Of a DNA stretch of 64,000 nt, positions 21,842 through 29,593 are shown piece by piece. The notes under the pieces were generated by a model. That model searched no databases. It saw only the letters and a list, made by a program, of their open reading frames with translations, and was not told the origin of the DNA. This stretch comes from Blastocatellia bacterium. Lineage in GTDB: Bacteria; Acidobacteriota; Blastocatellia; Pyrinomonadales; Pyrinomonadaceae. Within the stretch, counting starts at the first letter, position 1, and the number at the start of each line of letters is the position of its first letter. The stretch lies in assembly GCA_033856235.1 (NCBI GenBank), contig JAWVFI010000078.1, forward strand, positions 6,062-70,061. The letters run 5' to 3'. Position numbers and translations under genes: made by a program.

Positions 21842-21994
21842 ATGATTCGAAAACTTAAATCAGGAAAGTACCGGCTGTATTCTCGGAGGAAAGATCCAAA
21901 GACTGGGAAACGAAGAAATCTGGGAACTTTTGAAAGCCGCGCCGCCGCCGAAAAGCACGAACGCGCTGTGCAATTTTTTAAGCGCCAGGGCTGA
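21842..21994 (+). CDS. Small basic 50-aa protein (below the ORF-track length cutoff)
   Basis: The ATG at 21842 reads MIRKLKSGKYRLYSRRKDPKTGKRRNLGTFESRAAAEKHERAVQFFKRQG to a TGA at 21992-21994. It lies 8 nt after the mug stop, on the same strand as mug and uvrD. I recall similar small proteins in other bacteria but cannot verify this. Confidence 0.5.
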   Translation: MIRKLKSGKYRLYSRRKDPKTGKRRNLGTFESRAAAEKHERAVQFFKRQG

Positions 21995-22098
21995 CCATCG
22001 CGTTCACGGGACCTTTGCATCCAATCCTTCCGGCCACTGCTCCTCCACATTTCTCAATTCATCGCGGACAGACTAATATCATTATTCAACTTGATCCC

Positions 22099-24588
22099 AT
22101 GACTGACTTTCTATCTTCTCTGAACGACGAACAACGGCAAGCTGTGCTCGCCACCGAGGGGCCGATACTAATCCTCGCCGGCGCGGGGTCAGGCAAAACC
22201 CGTGTTATCGCACATCGCATCGCTTACTTAATCGCTGAGCGCGAGGTGGAGCCGTGGCACATTCTTGCAGTCACGTTCACCAACAAGGCCTCTCAGGAAA
22301 TGCGCAGCCGCGTCGAGCAACTCCTGAAAGGAATGGAGTTGAGCAGCGCACCGTTGATTTCCACTTTTCACAGTCTCTGCGTACGAATTCTGCGCCGCGA
22401 CATACAGGATCTTAACGCTGGTTACACTCGCTCGTTCACGATTTACGATCAGGACGATTCCCTGCGTTTGGTGAAGAATTGCATCAAGGACCTGGGACTG
22501 GACGACAAACAGGTGGCCCCACGCGCGGCGCAGTCGGCCATCAGTGCCGCCAAAAATCGCGGCCAGGATCCGGACGGTTATGCGCTCCAGGCTGAGCATA
22601 TCAGCGAGAAGCACGTGGGCATCGCGCGCGTATTTCATCTCTACGAAGAACGGCTCCGTAATAATAACGCGCTGGATTTTGATGATCTGCTGATAAAGAC
22701 AGTGCGGCTCTTACGCGACGTGCCGGAAGTACGAGACCGCTACAACCGTCGTTTTCAGTACATCCTGGTGGACGAATATCAGGATACCAACTCGTTGCAA
22801 TTTGCCCTCGTTAGCTTCCTGACCGAAAGGCAGCAGAACATTTGCGTCGTTGGCGATCCGGATCAAAGTATTTATAAATGGCGCGGCGCGGACATTTCGA
22901 ACATCCTCAATTTCGAACAGCACTTTCCCAACACCAAAGTCATTCGGCTGGAAGAAAACTACCGCTCAACCCAGAACATCCTGGATGTGGCCAGCGCGGT
23001 GGTGCGGAACAATATTGAGCGTAAGGAAAAGAGCCTCTGGACAAAGAATCCCAAGGGCGAGCGGATTCGTTATTACCAGGCGATGGATGCGGAGTCGGAA
23101 GCCCGCTTCGTAGCCGCCAGAATAGAAGAACATCGGGCGGCTGACTCCCAGCTTCGCGCGGCTGTCCTCTACCGCACCAACTCCCAGTCGCGGGTTTTTG
23201 AAGAAGCCATGCGCCGCGCCAGTCTGCCTTACAACATCGTCGGTGGCTTCTCTTTTTACGAACGCCTGGAAGTGCGCGACGTCATTGCCTATCTGAAGCT
23301 GGCGCTGAATCCCAACGACTCGATCGCGCTGCAACGCGTTATCAACAGTCCGCCCCGCGGCATTGGCAAACAAACGCTGGATGAGATCGACCGGTACGCG
23401 AAGGATTATGGCGTCTCCTATTGGGAAACGATTATGTTGCTGACTTCTGACGGCCAGCAACGTCTGTCGCCGCGCGCGACCGCCGCCTTGCGAAACTTTC
23501 AAAAGATCATCCTTCATCTTTCTCAATTGGCCGGAACAGCTATTGAAGGTTCAAATACTCCCGACGAGCAGCCCAGGCATAGTCTGGCTGAAATGAATCA
23601 AGAGCAGGTCGTCCCTGACACAGACGATAGTAACGGCGAACACACAATTCTCTCCGATTCGCTCGTTTCCGATCTGGTCAAAGCCGCTATTCTCGATACC
23701 GGCTATGAAAATGCACTTAAAGGCGAGAACTCCGATGAAGCGGAAGCCCGGCTGGAGAACCTTCAGGAACTGGTAAACGCGGCCGTCGATTACGACGAAA
23801 TGGGCGAGGAAGGCTTGCGGGAGTTTATCGATCACTCCGCGCTCGTGTCCGACGCCGATCAGTACAAACGGGATGCGCCTGTAACTTTAATGACCGCTCA
23901 TTCGGCCAAGGGCCTCGAGTTCCCTCTTGTTTTCATCGTCGGGCTTGAGGATGGGCTTTTTCCGCACTCGCGCTCCGCCTCAGATATCGCAGAACTCGAA
24001 GAAGAGCGTCGTCTCTGCTATGTGGCAATGACGCGCGCTGAGCGCTTCCTTTACGTCACCCACGCGGTGAAACGGCGCGTCTACGGCGAAGAGCTGGCGT
24101 CAGAGCCGTCGCAGTTTTTGAATGAGATGCCGATAGAACTAATCGAAGATTTGTCGCGCGGCCGGTCATGGCTTTCCCTGGCACGCGGTTCATCATCACA
24201 GAAAGAGGAGCGCGGGCTGAAAGATACGAAAGCCCGGGCTCGCTACAGCGGCAAGACTTACGATAGCGCCGACTCGATCGCCGAGTTCTTCAAGAATCGA
24301 GCCGCCCAGATGCCCGGCGCGGCCCCACAGAATCCGAGTCAGCGCGGCAGTAGCCAGACCGTAAGGGAGGGCCCCTCACGTTCTTCAAAACTCGAAACCC
24401 GAAACTCAAAACCCGAAACTTCCGTTTCCGACTTCACGCCCGGCTCGTACGTTCGTCACGCAAAGTATGGCCGCGGCCTGGTGCTGCGCCGTGAAGGCAC
24501 GGGCGACTCCCTGAAGTTGACCGTGACCTTTCCCGGATATGGGCAGAAAAAACTGATTCAAAAGTACGCGGGATTGGAACTCGCATAG
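22099..24588 (+). CDS. uvrD: UvrD/PcrA-type ATP-dependent DNA helicase
   Basis: MTDFLSSLNDEQRQAV start, Walker A AGAGSGKT, motif II VDEYQDTN, GDPDQSIYKWRGA, a C-terminal YVAMTRA motif and a Tudor-like tail (GSYVRHAKYGRG). The ORF-track start at 22015 is probably too early. Confidence 0.93.
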   Translation: MTDFLSSLNDEQRQAVLATEGPILILAGAGSGKTRVIAHRIAYLIAEREVEPWHILAVTFTNKASQEMRSRVEQLLKGMELSSAPLISTFHSLCVRILRRDIQDLNAGYTRSFTIYDQDDSLRLVKNCIKDLGLDDKQVAPRAAQSAISAAKNRGQDPDGYALQAEHISEKHVGIARVFHLYEERLRNNNALDFDDLLIKTVRLLRDVPEVRDRYNRRFQYILVDEYQDTNSLQFALVSFLTERQQNICVVGDPDQSIYKWRGADISNILNFEQHFPNTKVIRLEENYRSTQNILDVASAVVRNNIERKEKSLWTKNPKGERIRYYQAMDAESEARFVAARIEEHRAADSQLRAAVLYRTNSQSRVFEEAMRRASLPYNIVGGFSFYERLEVRDVIAYLKLALNPNDSIALQRVINSPPRGIGKQTLDEIDRYAKDYGVSYWETIMLLTSDGQQRLSPRATAALRNFQKIILHLSQLAGTAIEGSNTPDEQPRHSLAEMNQEQVVPDTDDSNGEHTILSDSLVSDLVKAAILDTGYENALKGENSDEAEARLENLQELVNAAVDYDEMGEEGLREFIDHSALVSDADQYKRDAPVTLMTAHSAKGLEFPLVFIVGLEDGLFPHSRSASDIAELEEERRLCYVAMTRAERFLYVTHAVKRRVYGEELASEPSQFLNEMPIELIEDLSRGRSWLSLARGSSSQKEERGLKDTKARARYSGKTYDSADSIAEFFKNRAAQMPGAAPQNPSQRGSSQTVREGPSRSSKLETRNSKPETSVSDFTPGSYVRHAKYGRGLVLRREGTGDSLKLTVTFPGYGQKKLIQKYAGLELA
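24387..24420. repeat. CGAAACx heptamer tract inside the uvrD coding region
   Basis: aaaactcgaaacccgaaactcaaaacccgaaact is translated in frame as KLETRNSKPETS. It uses the same word as the intergenic element at 46908-47055. Confidence 0.8.
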
Positions 24589-24596
24589 TCTGCATT

Positions 24597-24696
24597 TGTA
24601 GGGGTGGTCCTCCGTGGCCACCCCCTTCGTTCCCTTGGCCTTCTGCATCAAATGTAACTACGAACGAGGGGGCGGCCACGGAGGGCCGCCCCTACA
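24597..24696. repeat. REP/REPIN-like doublet, family A copy 1 (GTAG + GGGGYGGCC...GGCCRCCCC hairpin)
   Basis: The left arm tgtaggggtggtcctccgtggccacccccttcgtt (24597-24631) pairs with the right arm aacgagggggcggccacggagggccgcccctaca (24663-24696). It fills the gap between convergent uvrD and the response regulator. Confidence 0.85.
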
Positions 24697-24697
24697 A

Positions 24698-25108
24698 TCA
24701 GCCGCTGGCGGCTCGTGCTTTGGCCGGATCTGTCTGCAACGTTTCTTTGATCCTGTCGAGCAACGCGGCGATGTCCACCGGCTTACCGAACACCTCCGTG
24801 CATCCCGCCGCCATTGCATCGCGTTTCACTTCATGAATCGCATAGGCGCTGATCGCGAAGATCGGCGTTCGCACCAGCGCGTGACGCTGGCGCATTTGGC
24901 GCGTGGCTTCGACTCCGTCCATCTCCGGCATTGCCAGATCCATAAGGATCAGATCCGGTGTGACGCGATTGGCCTGAATTATCCCTTCTCTGCCGTCGCT
25001 TGCCTCGATCACTTTGTAACCGTGGGCGCGCAACAACGACGACATCAGCGTGCGAGTGTCGGAATAGTCTTCGATTACCAGGATTGTAGGATTGGTTTTC
25101 ACAGCCAT
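24698..25108 (-). CDS. Single-domain response regulator (CheY-like receiver)
   Basis: ILVIEDYSDTRTLM, DLILMDLAMPEMDG (phospho-acceptor Asp) and a conserved Lys in FGKPVD; 136 aa with no output domain. Confidence 0.88.
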   Translation of the reverse strand: MAVKTNPTILVIEDYSDTRTLMSSLLRAHGYKVIEASDGREGIIQANRVTPDLILMDLAMPEMDGVEATRQMRQRHALVRTPIFAISAYAIHEVKRDAMAAGCTEVFGKPVDIAALLDRIKETLQTDPAKARAASG

Positions 25109-25200
25109 CTCATCTCCCCTTCTTAGCAGGAAGTTTATCGTCGGGGGTTGATGTGAGATGGGGCACTTCCAAGATAACGCCGGGGAGAGGTAAAAGCAAC

Positions 25201-25293
25201 GTCAGAACCGCCTGCCGTAGCGGGCGGTAGATCTCTCGGCGTTACTTGGCTCTTTTGAACATTCAACCGCCCGCTACCCCAGGCGGTTCTGAC
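25201..25293. repeat. Palindromic doublet, family B copy 1 (GTCAGAACCGCCTGCGGTAGCGGGCGGT)
   Basis: gtcagaaccgcctgccgtagcgggcggt (25201-25228) pairs with aaccgcccgctaccccaggcggttctgac (25265-25293). Confidence 0.85.
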
Positions 25294-25406
25294 TTAGTCC
25301 TCCAGCAGATTCCCGCTAAACAGCGCCTGGCCGCCGAGGCTGGTATAAAAACCGTAAGCCTTTGATGTCTCCGTTGTACACATCGTATCTGCTTTGCACA
25401 GAAACT

Positions 25407-25513
25407 CCGATTCGTGTTCTTGGTGTTTCGTGTGATTTCGTGAATCGTATGACTGCGATTTGTCAGCGCACGATTCACGAAAGTACACGAACTCCCACGA
25501 CGCGAAGCGAATC
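25407..25513. repeat. TTCGTGA/CACGAAx-word inverted repeat, copy 1
   Basis: The left arm ccgattcgtgttcttggtgtttcgtgtgatttcgtgaatcgt pairs with the right arm cgcacgattcacgaaagtacacgaactcccacgacg. The element is homologous to 42096-42202. Confidence 0.75.
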
Positions 25514-25658
25514 AGTCAGAACGGAAACGGCCAATGGGCACAAGAAAGAGGCGCCCCCGCTCAGTGACGCCCCTACCTGGTTTCTCTGCGAGCCTCCTGG
25601 AAAATCTGCAACCAGGAAACTCCGACGCTCTGCCCGCTCCTGCCTCCTGCTCCTGCCG

Positions 25659-27479
25659 CTACTGCCCACACTCGGCATTCGAATGTGTGCGAACTGAACT
25701 AAACCGGTCCTGATATTCATCCGAAGTCAGAAATCCACAAACCATCGCGCGATAACCGCTGATGTCATTGGGCAGTTTGTTGTTCAGAACATTCAGCCAG
25801 AACTGATAGCCTTCCGGCTCCGGGTCCCGGCGCAAGTAACCGTAGTATTGCATCAAGACAAACGCCGGATTGAACTCGCGCGTCTTGAACTCCGGAATCT
25901 CGATTACATCCAGCAACACTTGCGCGCGAGTCTTACTGCCATCGATCAGCGCCTGAGTTTCCGTTTGCCGTTGCGCGTCGAAAGTCGCGCTGGTCAATCC
26001 CGCCGTGTCGAAAAGTTTGTTCACGAAATCCGCCGGCGCCATCCCTCCGGGATAGAAGTTCAGAAACGCTCCGCCCTGGACGAATTCGTTGGCATAGCTG
26101 ACGGTGCTGTCGTGCAACTGCGGCCCGCCGATCAGCCTCCCACGTTCGACCATGAAATGTGTATAGCTGGGAATCATTCCCAGCGCCGCGCGGTTCAAAC
26201 GATAGATGACATAGCCAGTTTCCTGGAACTCCTGCTCAACAAAGAAGGCGGCTGAAATTCCAATCCGCCGTTCACGCAAGCAGAGGGCATCCCTGCCGCA
26301 CTTCGCCAACTCGCCGGTCCAGTAGTCCAATCCCTCTTGATCCGGCACCCGATTTAGAAAGTCAGCGTAGTGCTGCCGAACAAACGACTGGGCGTCGTCC
26401 GTGGTATTCGACGTCGGAGCCACCGCATCGTTGTCTATGATGCTTAACGTTACGAAACCCGGTGAACCAAGAAATGCTCCTCCGGTTGGACTGCTGAGTT
26501 GCAGAAACAGTGTGTGGGTCCCCTGAACGTAGGCGTTTTCAGTAATCAAAACGGTGAACCTCTTGCTGGTTTCGCCCGGCGCGAAGTTCAGCATGCCACC
26601 GGCCAGCGTGTAGTCGCGCTTTTGGGTGGCCACACCAGCGTCGCCTGTAAAGTAGAAGACACTCGCCGGGCTCGACGTGTCGCCGGTGCGCGTGACCGTA
26701 ATCTTGGCGCTGCCATCGCCTTCGCCTACCGAATAGCTCGAAGCGCTGAATTGAATATAACTGGGCGGCGTGGCCGACGCCGCAGCCTTGAACACGGCGG
26801 GCTGGTTTCCGTTCTGACTGCTCAGGGTCCAAAAGGAAGGAGTGAAAGTGTAGCCGGGTTTCTGAGGCGTAAGTGTGACCATCGTGTTCCCCGTCTCCGC
26901 AATTCCGAGAGCGAGGATAAGATTTCCAAACGCGTTGGTTTGCGGCAACCCAAACGTCGCGCCATTAATTTGAATTGCCACGCTCGCGATGCCAGTCCCC
27001 GAACTATCCTCCACCCGAAGATTCACTTGCATGTATGGGTCGAGCCGCAGGTTCTTCGTTTGATTGCTGTTCAAGTTACTGACATTCGTGGCGAACGCAG
27101 TGTACTGGCCCGGCTTGGAAGGTGACAGGGTGTAATTCCCGCCCGCCGCGAGATCCGAGAAAGAGTAATTGCCGTTGGCGTCAGTTCCCGTCACCGCCGA
27201 CTGTGTTCCGCTAAGCGTTACATTGGCCCCGCTGATTCCATTATTGAACCCGTCCGTCACGCGCCCCGAAATCGAATAAGTCTGAGCCTGAGCGTGTGCC
27301 GGCGCGACCAAAGAGATCGCGACCACAGCAGTGATAAAAAGAACCCGAAGGACTTGAGCCGCAAAGGGCAAAGCGCAGAGCGGAAAGCGCGGCACCTGAC
27401 CCTTTGCTCGTACCCCTCGACCCTTTGCTCTTACCCCCTGGCACTTGGCTGCGTTTGAATGAGAAAGCATTGACAACAT
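25659..27479 (-). CDS. Secreted CarboxypepD_reg-like / Calx-beta / DUF4214 protein
   Basis: Signal-like VLFITAVVAISLVAPAHA, YSISGRVTD-type Ig-like repeats, a Calx-beta-like block and a DUF4214-like tail ending THSNAECGQ (the giant protein ends THSNAECGP). The first ~36 codons overlap an inverted repeat, so the true start may be the TTG at 27371. Confidence 0.8.
   Translation of the reverse strand: MLSMLSHSNAAKCQGVRAKGRGVRAKGQVPRFPLCALPFAAQVLRVLFITAVVAISLVAPAHAQAQTYSISGRVTDGFNNGISGANVTLSGTQSAVTGTDANGNYSFSDLAAGGNYTLSPSKPGQYTAFATNVSNLNSNQTKNLRLDPYMQVNLRVEDSSGTGIASVAIQINGATFGLPQTNAFGNLILALGIAETGNTMVTLTPQKPGYTFTPSFWTLSSQNGNQPAVFKAAASATPPSYIQFSASSYSVGEGDGSAKITVTRTGDTSSPASVFYFTGDAGVATQKRDYTLAGGMLNFAPGETSKRFTVLITENAYVQGTHTLFLQLSSPTGGAFLGSPGFVTLSIIDNDAVAPTSNTTDDAQSFVRQHYADFLNRVPDQEGLDYWTGELAKCGRDALCLRERRIGISAAFFVEQEFQETGYVIYRLNRAALGMIPSYTHFMVERGRLIGGPQLHDSTVSYANEFVQGGAFLNFYPGGMAPADFVNKLFDTAGLTSATFDAQRQTETQALIDGSKTRAQVLLDVIEIPEFKTREFNPAFVLMQYYGYLRRDPEPEGYQFWLNVLNNKLPNDISGYRAMVCGFLTSDEYQDRFSSVRTHSNAECGQ
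27361..27436. repeat. GCAAAGG/CCTTTGC-word inverted repeat
   Basis: gcaaagggcaaagcgcagagcggaaagcgc pairs with gaccctttgctcgtacccctcgaccctttgctcttaccc. It overlaps the nominal 5' end of the 25659-27479 ORF. Confidence 0.75.
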
Positions 27480-27690
27480 AATTCCTTAAGACCCAACCGT
27501 TTTGGTCGTGTTTAGTTCCCCCGGTTATGAACCGGGTTTTGGCTTAAATTTGGACTAAAACTGCGCGATTTGTGAGGTCGAGCCAATATGACAAATCCAG
27601 CAGACCGCCTTTGATGGTCTGCCCTTCTTCTCAGTTGCCTGAGAGCCAGAAGCTAAGCCCAGGAGCTAAACCTCAACTTCCAAGAGCAAC

Positions 27691-27763
27691 AACTCCTGAC
27701 TCCTGCAGCTTGCCTCCTGCAGCTTGCCTCCTGCTTCCTGCTCCTGCTCCTGCTCCTGCCGCG
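27691..27763. repeat. CTCCTG(C)-word tandem tract
   Basis: The 14-mer ctcctgcagcttgc occurs twice (27700-27727), then a gctcct run (27733-27759). Two short hairpins follow (27781-27803 cggaaaggc/gcctttccg and 27819-27833 ggaggc/gcctcc). Confidence 0.75.
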
Positions 27764-27894
27764 GCTCCGCCGTCTGATGTGCGGAAAGGCTTCGCCTTTC
27801 CGTCACCTCAACTTAATGGAGGCTGCGCCTCCTTTTCCCCGTCAAACATTGCTAGAATCCGACACTTCGAAAAGAGATCTGGAGAACGCCACCC

Positions 27895-29301
27895 ATGTTA
27901 GGTGAAAATTTGCCTCTAACCGCAGTATCTGCAGTCCTCGCTCTCATCTATCTTCTCCAACCTTCTCCGGCCGCATCGCAAACAGTTGCGCCGCCCCCTA
28001 ACGAAGTCCGGGCCCTCTGGGTCGTGCGCACCACGCTGACCTCACCCGAAAGAATCCGCACCATGGTCAACGCCGCCGCCGACAACGGCTTCAACACAAT
28101 CATCGTCCAGGTGCGCGGCCGCGGCGACGCCTACTACCGCTCGCATCGAGAGCCGCGCGCCAACGAACTGAAAGATCAACCCGCAGACTTCGATCCATTG
28201 GCAGTGACTTTGACAGAAGCAAAGCGCCGAGGCTTGAAAGTCCACGCTTGGGTCAACACCAGCCTCCTCGCAAACCTGGACGCGCTTCCCACAAATCCCG
28301 AGCACATCTACAACAAGCATCCCGAGTGGCTCGCCGTCCCCCACCCAATCGCCGCCGAGCTCTACAATATATCGCCGAAAGACCCGCGCTACCGGGCCCG
28401 CATCGTCGAGTGGTCCAAAGCCAACACAGCCGAACTCGAAGGTGTCTACACCGGCCCCGCGAATGCAAAAGTCCGCGAACACATTTACCAAATCTGGATG
28501 GACATTCTGAAGAACTACGATGTAGACGGCATTCACTTCGACTACATCCGCCTAGCCAGCCCCGACTTCGACTACAGCCGCACGTCCCTGGATAACTTCC
28601 GCAAATGGCTGGATCAGCGAGGAGCAGGTGCAGTCAGCAGGAGCAGCCGGAGCACTGTGCCTGGCGAGTCTCGCGGTACTCGCCAACCTTCCCTCTTTGC
28701 CCTTAGCTCTTTGCCCGGCGCAGCCGGCCTTCCCCCTTCCCTCTTTGCCCTTAGCCCTATGCCTGGCCAGCCCTTTGCCCTGCGCCCTTTGCCCGAGGGC
28801 TCCGCCCTCGCCCTCGCCGAAGCCTACCCCGAAAGATTCGCCGACTTCCAACGCGAACAAATCACCACGTTGGTCCAACGCATCTACCGCGAAGTCAAAC
28901 GCCGCAAACCAAACGTCACCGTCTCCGCCGCAGTCTTCGCCAACGACGAAAACGCCTACACGCGAAGATTTCAAAACTGGCGCCGCTGGCTCCAAATGGG
29001 AATCCTCGATGTAGTCTGCCCCATGGCCTACACGACAGACACAGAGATCTTCAAAACCCAAATCAAAACTGCCACCCAACTCGCCCACGCGAATAACAAA
29101 CAAATCTGGTCCGGCATGGGCGCCTACCGCCTCCCCATAGAATCCACAGTGGAAAAAATAAACGCCGCCCGATCCCTTAAATCAGACGGCATAATCCTCT
29201 TCTCCTACGATTTCACAATTCGCCCCAGCGCCCTCAACCCCAACGCCGACTACCTCGAACGAGTCCGCCATAACGCATTTGAGCGCCCGGGACCTGAATG
29301 A
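27895..29301 (+). CDS. Glycoside hydrolase-like family 10 (GHL10/YngK-like, DUF187) protein
   Basis: VRALWVVRTTL, GFNTIIVQVRGRGDAYY, VHAWVN and DGIHFDYIRL motifs with a signal-like N-terminus. It contains an in-frame low-complexity insert encoded by repeat-type DNA (28615-28800). Confidence 0.8.
   Translation: MLGENLPLTAVSAVLALIYLLQPSPAASQTVAPPPNEVRALWVVRTTLTSPERIRTMVNAAADNGFNTIIVQVRGRGDAYYRSHREPRANELKDQPADFDPLAVTLTEAKRRGLKVHAWVNTSLLANLDALPTNPEHIYNKHPEWLAVPHPIAAELYNISPKDPRYRARIVEWSKANTAELEGVYTGPANAKVREHIYQIWMDILKNYDVDGIHFDYIRLASPDFDYSRTSLDNFRKWLDQRGAGAVSRSSRSTVPGESRGTRQPSLFALSSLPGAAGLPPSLFALSPMPGQPFALRPLPEGSALALAEAYPERFADFQREQITTLVQRIYREVKRRKPNVTVSAAVFANDENAYTRRFQNWRRWLQMGILDVVCPMAYTTDTEIFKTQIKTATQLAHANNKQIWSGMGAYRLPIESTVEKINAARSLKSDGIILFSYDFTIRPSALNPNADYLERVRHNAFERPGPE
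28621..28795. repeat. Repeat-word DNA (GCAGGAG then CCTTTGC words) embedded in frame in the GHL10 gene
   Basis: ggagcaggtgcagtcagcaggagcagccggagc is followed by ccctctttgcccttagc, which occurs twice, and by ccctttgccctgcgccctttgccc. The translation is SLFALSSLPG...SLFALSPMPGQPFALRPLP. Confidence 0.75.
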
Positions 29302-29593
29302 TCATCGCCCCATTCGGGCACCGACTCTGCGTCTAGCCATCTGCAAGAAAAACCCCGAATTGACCAATGCCACAAAAAACTCTTGACTAATTCCTTGCAT
29401 CTGGAATAAAGTCCGCCCGCCCTGCAGCAGTCAAGAAGGACGCCAACGTTCCTTACAGCTTTCTTTGGGCTAGCATCCAACGGTTTCTCAGCCGCTGGAC
29501 TCTCAGAGCCCGGCAGTTCAACGGTTTTAACTCGCTTCAAGATGAGTTTTCGCCCCTCTCTCTTGGCGGGACCATTTACTCACGATTCTCACT

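Noticed and set aside
22015-22098. The N-terminal extension of uvrD from the ORF-track start (MHPILPATAPPHFSIHRGQTNIIIQLDP...).
   Set aside because: UvrD/PcrA proteins normally begin a few residues before the LNxxQxxAV motif. MTDFLSSLNDEQRQAV at 22099 fits that, and the extension has no helicase-like sequence.
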